Of a stretch of 64,000 nucleotides of DNA, positions 37,921-45,801 are shown piece by piece. The notes beneath the pieces are model-generated. The model made no database searches. It worked only from the letters and a program-made list of their open reading frames with translations, and had not been told where the DNA came from. This stretch comes from Bacteroidales bacterium UBA5219 (GTDB lineage: Bacteria > Bacteroidota > Bacteroidia > Bacteroidales > ML635J-15). The DNA is taken from the NCBI GenBank assembly GCA_002412425.1, contig DHVB01000031.1, forward strand, positions 14,782 through 78,781, read 5' to 3'. Each line of letters opens with the position of its first letter. The first letter of the stretch is position 1. Both the position numbers and the translations under genes were made by a program.

Positions 37921-38565
37921 ATGGCAGAAAAATTTCAGAATAAATACAGAATGCAATCAAATCGTATGCCTCAGTGGGATTATTCGGGTAATGGTGTTTA
38001 TTTTATTACCATAGTAACGCAAAATAGGGTTTGTAATTTGGGACATATCAATAATGGTAAAATGATATTTTCAGAATTTGGAAAAATTATTAATGATGAA
38101 TGGTTAAAATCGTTTGAAATCCGAAATGAATTATTTTTAGATGAATATATTATAATGCCCAATCATTTACATGCAATTGTGGTGTTGGATAATACACAAA
38201 CAACCAATAATGGTTCGCACGACCGTAATGTAGGTTTGCACGGCCGTGTAAACCTACATTATCCAAATTATCCATTTCAACAGCCCGTTGAACAACCAAA
38301 ATTTATTCGTAAACCCAAATCAATTTCATCGTTTATTGCGGGTTTCAAATCGGTAATTAATACAAAAATTGATGATTACATTGATGAACACAATTTAAAC
38401 ATTCCAAAATACAATCGAAAAAATCATTTTTTCCAATCAAATTATTACGACCACATTATTCGAAATGAATCTGAATATCATCGAATAAAAGAATATATTA
38501 TCAACAATCCTATAAAATGGGAAAATAATAAATTAAATTCAACCAATAAAACAACAAAATCATGA
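37921..38565 (+). CDS. REP-associated tyrosine transposase (RAYT)/IS200-like Y1 transposase family protein
   Basis: HUH-type motif MPNHLHAIVV and a C-terminal YDHIIRNE tyrosine region. It is inserted between hsdS and the rest of the R-M operon. Confidence 0.75.
   Translation: MAEKFQNKYRMQSNRMPQWDYSGNGVYFITIVTQNRVCNLGHINNGKMIFSEFGKIINDEWLKSFEIRNELFLDEYIIMPNHLHAIVVLDNTQTTNNGSHDRNVGLHGRVNLHYPNYPFQQPVEQPKFIRKPKSISSFIAGFKSVINTKIDDYIDEHNLNIPKYNRKNHFFQSNYYDHIIRNESEYHRIKEYIINNPIKWENNKLNSTNKTTKS
38226..38261. repeat. 36-nt near-perfect palindrome inside the RAYT-like ORF
   Basis: TAATGTAGGTTTGCACGG|CCGTGTAAACCTACATTA pairs at 17/18 positions. It is GC-richer than its surroundings and encodes RNVGLHGRVNLHY. 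Confidence 0.85.
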
Positions 38566-38752
38566 TACATATCACAGAAAATACCATCGAATCCAAAATA
38601 TTGTCCTAAATTGGGTGCTAAGTTTTATTAAACAATCAAATATTTGAATTTAATTTGCAAATTTTGCACAAAAAATGTATTTTTTAAAAATAAAATGATG
38701 TTTTTTTCAATTTTGTTTGTAAATTTGCATCGAGAATTAAAAAAAGCTTGAA

Positions 38753-40045
38753 ATGATACAAGAAATTAAAATAAAAAATTTCTTATCTTTTAAAGAAGAA
38801 GTTACGTTTAGTTTTGAAGCTACTAAAGACACTTTTGCAGATGATTACCAAGTGGTAGAGGTAGCAAAAGGGGTTCGCTTGTTGCGCTTTGCAATGATCT
38901 ATGGAGCAAATGCCTCGGGAAAATCAAATTTACTGACTGTATTCAATTTTTTACATCATTTTTGGTTCTATAAACCTGATGATATAGATGAGGAAATAGG
39001 AGTAATTCCTTTTAAATTAGATAAAATTACAACCAATGAGCCATCTTCATTTGAATTAATATTCTATGTTAACAGTACTAAGTATTGGTATCAATTAGAG
39101 TTAGATGAAAAGCAAGTTTATACAGAAAAATTATTTTATTACAAAACTGTTCAACCTACCCTTTTATTTCATAGAGAATTAATAAATGATCAATCTGTTA
39201 TTAACTTTAACTCTGCTGCTGTTAAAGTAAGTTCTGTAGTTAAAGAAAAAATTTCAGTGGAGTGTCTAAAAAACATGTCTTTCTTTGCAGCTCGAGACAA
39301 AGTAAATGCTACTATTCCTGAGATTGATGTAGCTAAAGACTGGTTAAAAAAGCAAATTATGCCTGTTGTATCACCTCGTACAAAGATGTTTCAATATGCA
39401 GAAAAACAAATGTTAGAAAATAAGGATATAAAATCATATCTATTGGATTTTGTACGTGCTGCGGATTTTAATATTGTAGATATCAACACACAAATTGAAA
39501 AAAAGGAAATACCTCAAAAAGTTGTTGATTATTTTATGAATAACCCCGAGACAACAAAACAAGAAAAAGAGAAACTTAAAAAGGACCGTTTTGTTTCAAC
39601 TCCAAAAACAAGTTTTATGCATACGGTAAGCAATGAACGAGGCGAAGAAATATACAGTTTACCCGAAAATCTACAATCAGAAGGCACAAAAAGAATCTTT
39701 GGTTTAGAAGCTGCTATTTACAATGCTATTCAGGACAATTGTTTTTTATTTATTGACGAAGTCGAAACATCTTTGCACCCACAGTTACTTAGATTTGTTT
39801 TGCTCAACTTCTTAAGAAAAGAATCGTCAAGGTCACAATTATTAATCACAACACATTATGATCCTTTATTAAATGATATTGATGAAATTTTCAGAAAAGA
39901 CAGTGTTTGGTTTACTGAAAAAACAAAATCTGGTCATACAGATGTCTATTCTTTGACTGATTTTAAAGGTTTGAACAGGCTTTCTTCCATACAAAAAGCC
40001 TACAACTACAGGAAATTTGGTGCATATCCTGAAATAGATTTATAG
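38753..40045 (+). CDS. AAA_21-type ATPase (AbiLi/RloA-like)
   Basis: IKNFLSFKE N-terminus, Walker A GANASGKSN, Walker B/D-loop LFIDEVETSLHP and LITTHY. Confidence 0.8.
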   Translation: MIQEIKIKNFLSFKEEVTFSFEATKDTFADDYQVVEVAKGVRLLRFAMIYGANASGKSNLLTVFNFLHHFWFYKPDDIDEEIGVIPFKLDKITTNEPSSFELIFYVNSTKYWYQLELDEKQVYTEKLFYYKTVQPTLLFHRELINDQSVINFNSAAVKVSSVVKEKISVECLKNMSFFAARDKVNATIPEIDVAKDWLKKQIMPVVSPRTKMFQYAEKQMLENKDIKSYLLDFVRAADFNIVDINTQIEKKEIPQKVVDYFMNNPETTKQEKEKLKKDRFVSTPKTSFMHTVSNERGEEIYSLPENLQSEGTKRIFGLEAAIYNAIQDNCFLFIDEVETSLHPQLLRFVLLNFLRKESSRSQLLITTHYDPLLNDIDEIFRKDSVWFTEKTKSGHTDVYSLTDFKGLNRLSSIQKAYNYRKFGAYPEIDL

Positions 40046-40048
40046 GTT

Positions 40049-40484
40049 ATGGCAAGAAAAACAAAGAAAAGCCGGAGAGGTTATTGCCGGTGGTGGTGTT
40101 GCCGTGTGTGTATTCGATGCTGATATTTCGGAACGTAACGAAAATGAAAAGAAAAAATTGGAACAACTTCGTAAAAAATATGAAAAAGAGGAAAACATCA
40201 TTTTCTGTGATAGCTTACCGTCTATTGAGTTTTGGTTTTTATTACATTATTGCAATACTAATAAATATTTCAAGGATTCTAAATCGGTTGAGAGAGAATT
40301 GCGAAAATTTATAGTTCAATACGAAAAGAAAAAAGTTTTCTTAGAAAAAGAAAAATGGGTTGCTGACTTATGTGCAGAGAATAAAATGAAATTAGCTCAA
40401 CAAAGAGTAGAAATTTTTTCTAAGGAAAAAGGCTCTTATTCTAATATTTATAAGATTTTTAAAATCATAATAACAAAACAATGA
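40049..40484 (+). pseudogene. RloB-like (AbiLii-like) gene remnant, N-terminal region lost or frameshifted
   Basis: ATG 40049 gives MARKTKKSRRG..., which stops at 40123. A second frame (open through 40104-40484) carries the RloB-type C-terminal part (VFDAD...FCDSLPSIEFWFLLHY). The expected CEGxxTE N-terminal motif is absent. Confidence 0.5.
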
Positions 40485-43400
40485 ACATTATAGCTGAATT
40501 CCACATAGAACAATTTGCAATTTCTTTGTTCAAAGAACTTGGTTACGACTATATCTATGCTCCAGATATAGCTCCCGATGGAGAAACACCAGAAAGAGAA
40601 TCCTACGAGCAAGTTTTATTGCTTGGTCGTCTTAAAAATGCTGTAAAACGCATAAATAAAACCATTCCAGACTATGCACAAGACGAAGCAATAAAAACAA
40701 TTCAGCGTATATCTTCTCCAGATTTAGAAACTAATAATGAAACTTTTCACAGGCTATTAACAGAAGGTATTCCTGTAACAAAACGAGTGGACGGAATAGA
40801 CCGTGGAGACCGTGTTTGGATTATAGATTTTAAAAATCCATACAATAATGATTTTGTTGTTGCCAACCAGTTTACAATAGTTGAAAACAATCAAAACAAA
40901 CGTCCCGATATTATTTTGTTTGTAAATGGTATTCCGTTGGTAGTAATTGAGTTAAAAAATCCAGCAGATGAAAAAGCTACTATTCGTTCGGCATTTAAAC
41001 AAATTGAAACTTATAAGGCTATAATTCCAAGTTTATTTACCTATAATGGTATTGTTGTTATTTCAGATGGTTTAGAAGCTAAGGCAGGTTCTATTTCATC
41101 AGGTATGAGCAGGTTTATGTCATGGAGGTCGGCAGATGGAAAATCAGAGGCACCACATTTGGTAAGTGAATTAGAAACTCTTATTTTGGGTATGCTCAAT
41201 AAAGAGACATTGCTTGATTTAATTCGTCATTTTATTGTTTTTGAACAAACAAAACGTGAAGACCCAAAAACAGGAACTAATACTATATCCATAGTTAAAA
41301 AACTTGCTGCGTACCATCAATACCATGCTGTGAACCGTGCAGTAGAATCCACATTACGCGCAGCTGGCTATAATTCCCCTCCTTTGGAGGGGTGGACAGC
41401 GCAGCTGGACGGGGTGGTTTCTTCCCCTCCTCTGGAGGGGTGGTCGCAGACCGGGGTGGTATATTACCCTCCTTTAGAAGACACTCAAACACAATCTGAC
41501 GAAATGATTGCAGATTCAAAAGGTATTTATCGTAACTCTCAAAATTATTTTGAACTTCCTTATAATCCGCAGCTAAAAGAACGTGCTAGAGCATTACGTC
41601 AAGCTGGAAACTTATCAGAAGTGCTTTTTTGGAATCAGGTTAAAAATAAACAATTTAAAGGATATGATTTTGATCGCCAAAAAATAATTGGAAACTACAT
41701 AGTTGACTTTTATTGTAGTAATTGCAATGTAGTAATAGAGATAGATGGAAGTAGCCATGATAATAAAGTAGAATATGATGCAAACAGAGATGCTTATTTA
41801 GAAAGTTTGGGATTAACAATTATTCATATTCCTGTAGAAGACGTATTGCATAGAATGGATGTGGTTATGGATATGCTTTTTGATCACCCTGCCCTGCGGA
41901 CACCACTCCAAATAAAAGGAAAAAATAGAGACGACGAAAACCTAGTACAAGAACCTCCAGAAAATTACGGTTTACCTGGAGTAAAAAAACAGCCTATTGG
42001 AGACCGCAAAGGCGGTGTAGTTTGGCATACACAAGGTAGTGGGAAATCGCTTTCAATGGTTTTTTATGCAGGAAAAATTGTGCTGGCAATGAATAATCCT
42101 ACAATTGTTGTAATAACCGACCGTAACGATTTGGACGACCAACTTTTTGATACATTTGCGGCATCTAAACAATTATTACGTCAAGAACCAGTGCAAGCCG
42201 AAGATAGAAATCATCTGAAAGAACTTTTAAAAGTTGCATCAGGCGGTGTAGTTTTTACAACCATTCAGAAATTTCAACCTTATGAAGGAAATGTTTATGA
42301 ATTGCTTTCTGACCGTGAAAATATTATCGTAATTGCTGATGAGGCACACCGCACGCAATATGGATTTAAAGCAAAAACTATTGACGATAAAAATGAATCA
42401 GGAGATGTTATTGGCAAAAAAGTAGTTTACGGTTTTGCAAAATATATGCGTGATGCTTTACCAAATGCAACCTATTTAGGTTTTACAGGCACACCTATTG
42501 AAAGTACTGATGTAAATACTCCAGCAGTCTTCGGCAATTACGTAGATGTTTATGATATTGCCCAAGCTGTTGAAGATGGAGCAACTGTCCCAATTTATTA
42601 CGAAAGTCGTTTGGCAAAAGTAAATTTGAGTGAAGAAGGTAAAAAGTTGGTTGAAGACTTAGACGAAGAACTCGACCAAGAGGATATGACAAATACTCAA
42701 AAAGCAAAAGCCAAATGGACACAATTGGAAGCATTGGTAGGTAGCGAAAACCGAATTAACCAAATTGCAAAAGATATAATCGAACATTTTGAGCAAAGGC
42801 AAAGTGTTTTTGAAGGTAAAGCTATGATTGTTACTATGAGTCGACGTATTGCAGCCGATTTGTACGAAGCTATTATAAAACTAAAGCCTGAATGGTATTC
42901 AGATGAGTTAAATAAAGGTGTAATCAAAGTGGTGATGACTTCAGCTTCATCTGATGGACCTAAGATTTCAAAACACCATACAAGTAAAGAGCAACGCCGC
43001 ATATTAGCTGATCGTATGAAAAACCCAGATGATGAATTAAAACTTGTTATAGTCAGGGATATGTGGCTAACAGGTTTTGATGTTCCATGTTTGCATACCC
43101 TTTATATAGATAAACCTATGAAAGGACACAATTTAATGCAAGCTATTGCAAGGGTAAATCGTGTTTATAAAGATAAACCAGGTGGTTTAGTTGTAGATTA
43201 TTTAGGAATAGTAGCTGATTTAAAAAGAGCACTTTCGTTTTATTCCGATTCTGGAGGCAAAGGAGACCCAACTATTTTACAAGAAGAAGCTGTTCAGATG
43301 ATGTTAGAAAAAATAGAAGTGGTGTCTCAAATGTTTAATGAATTCCCCTCCTCTGGAGAGGTGTCCGAAGGACGGGGTGGTTTTAATTACTATGATTATT

Positions 43401-44290
43401 TTAATGCTGAAACTTCCAAAAAACTTTCAATAATTTTAGCCGCCGAAGAACATATTTTAGGTTTGGAAAATGGAAAAAAACGATATATAAATGAAGTTTC
43501 AGCATTATCAAAAGCTTTTGCAATAGCTATACCATACGAACAAGCAATAGATGCGAAAGATGAAGTTGCTTTCTTTCAGGCAGTAAAGGCACGTTTGGTA
43601 AAATTTGATAATACAGGTTCTGGTAAAACCGATGAAGAAATTGAAACAACTATACGTCAAGTAATCGACAAAGCATTGGTAACTGAAAAAGTAATAGATA
43701 TTTTCGATGCTGCAGGAATTAAAAAGCCTGATATTTCAATACTCTCAGAAGAATTTCTCTTAGAACTAAAAGGAATGGAACACAAAAACATTGCTTTTGA
43801 AGTATTGAAAAAAATCCTAAACGATGAAATAAAATCAAGGGCAAAAAAGAACTTTGTTAAAAGTAAGACTTTAAAGGAAATGTTAGAAGAATCCATAAGA
43901 AAATATCATGCTAAAATTATTTCAGCAGCCGAAGTAATAGAAGAATTAATAAAGCTAAGCAGAGACATCGTTAAGATAGACAGCGAAGCGAAAGAAATGG
44001 GGCTAACAGATTTTGAATATGCTTTTTACACAGCTGTTGCAGAAAATAAAAGTGCAAAAGAGTTAATGGGAAAAGAAAAATTAAGAGAACTTGCTGTAGT
44101 TCTTACAGAATCAATTAGAAGGAATGCAACTATTGATTGGACAATTAAAGAAAGTGTAAAAGCAAAATTAAGAGTTACAGTAAAAAGACTTTTAAGAAAA
44201 TATGGTTATCCACCAGATATGCAAATGCTTGCAACTGAAACTGTATTGGCACAAGCAGAATCGATTGCAAACGAATTAGCAAATGAATAA
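40481..44290 (+). CDS. hsdR: type I restriction endonuclease subunit R with an in-frame ~200-aa insertion
   Basis: PD-ExK (PDIILFVNGIPLVVIELKN). Helicase motifs HTQGSGKS, ADEAHR, FTGTP and QAIARVNR. At 1269 aa it is longer than the length I recall as typical for this HsdR family (about 1000-1080 aa). Confidence 0.93.
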   Translation: MNIIAEFHIEQFAISLFKELGYDYIYAPDIAPDGETPERESYEQVLLLGRLKNAVKRINKTIPDYAQDEAIKTIQRISSPDLETNNETFHRLLTEGIPVTKRVDGIDRGDRVWIIDFKNPYNNDFVVANQFTIVENNQNKRPDIILFVNGIPLVVIELKNPADEKATIRSAFKQIETYKAIIPSLFTYNGIVVISDGLEAKAGSISSGMSRFMSWRSADGKSEAPHLVSELETLILGMLNKETLLDLIRHFIVFEQTKREDPKTGTNTISIVKKLAAYHQYHAVNRAVESTLRAAGYNSPPLEGWTAQLDGVVSSPPLEGWSQTGVVYYPPLEDTQTQSDEMIADSKGIYRNSQNYFELPYNPQLKERARALRQAGNLSEVLFWNQVKNKQFKGYDFDRQKIIGNYIVDFYCSNCNVVIEIDGSSHDNKVEYDANRDAYLESLGLTIIHIPVEDVLHRMDVVMDMLFDHPALRTPLQIKGKNRDDENLVQEPPENYGLPGVKKQPIGDRKGGVVWHTQGSGKSLSMVFYAGKIVLAMNNPTIVVITDRNDLDDQLFDTFAASKQLLRQEPVQAEDRNHLKELLKVASGGVVFTTIQKFQPYEGNVYELLSDRENIIVIADEAHRTQYGFKAKTIDDKNESGDVIGKKVVYGFAKYMRDALPNATYLGFTGTPIESTDVNTPAVFGNYVDVYDIAQAVEDGATVPIYYESRLAKVNLSEEGKKLVEDLDEELDQEDMTNTQKAKAKWTQLEALVGSENRINQIAKDIIEHFEQRQSVFEGKAMIVTMSRRIAADLYEAIIKLKPEWYSDELNKGVIKVVMTSASSDGPKISKHHTSKEQRRILADRMKNPDDELKLVIVRDMWLTGFDVPCLHTLYIDKPMKGHNLMQAIARVNRVYKDKPGGLVVDYLGIVADLKRALSFYSDSGGKGDPTILQEEAVQMMLEKIEVVSQMFNEFPSSGEVSEGRGGFNYYDYFNAETSKKLSIILAAEEHILGLENGKKRYINEVSALSKAFAIAIPYEQAIDAKDEVAFFQAVKARLVKFDNTGSGKTDEEIETTIRQVIDKALVTEKVIDIFDAAGIKKPDISILSEEFLLELKGMEHKNIAFEVLKKILNDEIKSRAKKNFVKSKTLKEMLEESIRKYHAKIISAAEVIEELIKLSRDIVKIDSEAKEMGLTDFEYAFYTAVAENKSAKELMGKEKLRELAVVLTESIRRNATIDWTIKESVKAKLRVTVKRLLRKYGYPPDMQMLATETVLAQAESIANELANE
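41376..41480. repeat. tandem GC-rich palindromic elements (CCCCTCC-TTT-GGAGGGG...GGGGTGGT), 2.5 copies, in frame within hsdR
   Basis: Copies start at 41376, 41424 and 41467 (partial), with a 48-nt period. They encode SPPLEGW...GVV repeats. Confidence 0.85.
41552..41890 (+). other. DUF559 / Vsr-like endonuclease domain embedded in hsdR
   Basis: LRQAGNLSEVLFWNQVKNKQFKGYDFDRQKIIGNYIVDFYCSNCNVVIEIDGSSHD...RDAYLESLGLTIIHI is the typical DUF559 core. Confidence 0.8.
43345..43382. repeat. fourth copy of the GC-rich palindromic element, in frame in the hsdR 3' half
   Basis: cccctcctctggagaggtgtccgaaggacggggtggtt is almost identical to the copy at 41424-41460. Confidence 0.8.
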
Positions 44291-44456
44291 TAAATAAAAT
44301 ATTCAACATCTAAAACCACAAACGAGCCTTATGAGCCAAAAATTTGTGAAAAAAAATCACTTCCTCCAAAATATTTTTGCAAAAAAGTAAATAATAATTT
44401 ACCTTTATGCTAAATATTTAATTAGATGTAGTGTTCGAAATTATATAGACTTTAGC

Positions 44457-44852
44457 ATGAAAAAACTTAATAAAAACATCAAAATTATAGTTGAAAAAAC
44501 TGACACTGGTTTTTCAGCTTATTGCGAAGAATATCCAATTTTTACAACAGGAAGAACAGTTTCTGAATTGTTAAATAACGCATTTGAGGCAACTCAACTT
44601 TATTTTGAAGACCAATTTGAAGTTTCGCATAATAATTTGAATTTTGAAATTGATTTTGTACAATTCTTTAAATACTATAAAGTTATTAACGCAAAGTTTT
44701 TAGCAGAAAAAATTGGAATGAACCCAACATTGCTATCGCAATATGTGCAAGGACATAAAAAACCTTCCGAAAGTCAAACAGAGAAAATAATTTTAGGAAT
44801 CCAACAAATTGGACAAGAACTGTCAGAAATAAATCTGATATATAAAATGTAA
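44457..44852 (+). CDS. HicB-like antitoxin with C-terminal HTH
   Basis: KIIVEKTDTGFSAYCEEYPIFTTGRTVSELLNNAFEATQLYFED (HicB fold pattern) plus an XRE-type HTH (LAEKIGMNPTLLSQYVQG). I saw no hicA partner. Confidence 0.6.
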   Translation: MKKLNKNIKIIVEKTDTGFSAYCEEYPIFTTGRTVSELLNNAFEATQLYFEDQFEVSHNNLNFEIDFVQFFKYYKVINAKFLAEKIGMNPTLLSQYVQGHKKPSESQTEKIILGIQQIGQELSEINLIYKM

Positions 44853-45042
44853 ATAATAATGCCCATAAGTGCAATTGCATTTTTAAATTCACTTTCCCCA
44901 CCCAAAATTTCTCCCCAAAATCTTCCTTTTATAAAATAATATCTTGTATATTTGTAAAAATTTGGTGTGGAAAAATAGGTTGTAAGCAATTATTTTCACA
45001 ACACAAAACTATTTTAATTATTATTAAAAGAAAGGAGTATAT

Positions 45043-45621
45043 ATGAGAATTTTTCAAATTCAAATTGCTTTAAAAGGGTTTAGACCAAAAATCTGGAGAA
45101 GAATATTAGTTCCTGAAAATGTATTATTACCCGATTTTCATAAAATTATTCAAACAACAATGGGTTGGACAAATTCTCATTTGCACCATTTTGTCAAAGG
45201 TAGATCATATTATGTACATAAGACAGAAGATGATGTTTTTGTGGGTAATAATAGTGATATTGATTATGCAAAAATTAAAATTTCAGACTTACTTAGTTTC
45301 GAAAAGGATAAAATTATTTATGAATATGATTTTGGTGATGACTGGGAGCATGATATTGTGTTAGAAAAAATTCTTCCGTATGATAATAAATTAGTTTATC
45401 CGATTTGTGTAAAAGGCAAAATGAATTGTCCACCCGAAGACTGCGGAGGAGTTCTCGGGTATGCATACATGTTAGAGGTGATAAAAGATCCAGAACATGA
45501 AGATTATGAAGAGCTTAGAGATTGGTTAGGAGAAGAATTTGATCCAGAATTTTTTGACATTGACACTGTAAATGAATTATTAAAAAGAAAAGATTTTGGG
45601 TGTCTAGATTTATTTTATTAG
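45043..45621 (+). CDS. pRiA4b ORF-3-like (MM3350-like) family protein
   Basis: IALKGFRPKIWRRILVP, GWTNSHLHHF, YEYDFGDDWEHDI and CPPEDCGG. Confidence 0.75.
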   Translation: MRIFQIQIALKGFRPKIWRRILVPENVLLPDFHKIIQTTMGWTNSHLHHFVKGRSYYVHKTEDDVFVGNNSDIDYAKIKISDLLSFEKDKIIYEYDFGDDWEHDIVLEKILPYDNKLVYPICVKGKMNCPPEDCGGVLGYAYMLEVIKDPEHEDYEELRDWLGEEFDPEFFDIDTVNELLKRKDFGCLDLFY

Positions 45622-45726
45622 CAATAACTACTTATATTTGTAGTATAGAATTTTACGTTTGAATGACTTTTCATATAAAGCTTAGCTTTTATTTTTAACC
45701 ACCTAAAAACCTAATCTATAATTTAA

Positions 45727-45788
45727 AATCTAAAAATTATTTTACTATATTTGTGAAATGAAAATGTTGTATTTATTAATTGAATCTA
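45727..45788. repeat. left 62-bp direct repeat bracketing the R-M/helicase cassette
   Basis: aatctaaaaattattttactatatttgtgaaatgaaaatgttgTatttaTtaattgaatcta is 60/62 identical to 51038-51099. Confidence 0.95.
45746..45753 (+). promoter_or_regulatory. TAtaTTTG -7 box inside the left direct repeat
   Basis: Matches the consensus and lies 49 nt upstream of the ATG at 45802. Confidence 0.4.
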
Positions 45789-45801
45789 CATTGACGAAGA
45801 A

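Noticed and set aside
40084-40314. 76-aa ORF overlapping the RloB-like region
   Set aside because: It is in a third frame of the same segment. The frame that carries recognisable RloB-type sequence is the one through 40104..40484.
41370-41990. Intein within hsdR
   Set aside because: No Cys/Ser/Thr residue lies at the upstream junction and no His-Asn plus Cys/Ser/Thr at the downstream junction. There are no HINT blocks. The inserted domain is DUF559/Vsr-like and is flanked by palindromic nucleotide repeats, which points to a DNA-level insertion.
44291-44456. Search for a HicA toxin gene upstream of the HicB-like gene
   Set aside because: Only a 19-codon ORF (MSQKFVKKNHFLQNIFAKK) is present. 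I saw no HicA-like dsRBD motif in any frame.
45119-45364. 81-aa alternative-frame ORF inside the pRiA4b-ORF3-like gene
   Set aside because: It lies within a gene that has clear family motifs in another frame, and its composition is typical of an off-frame AT-rich translation.
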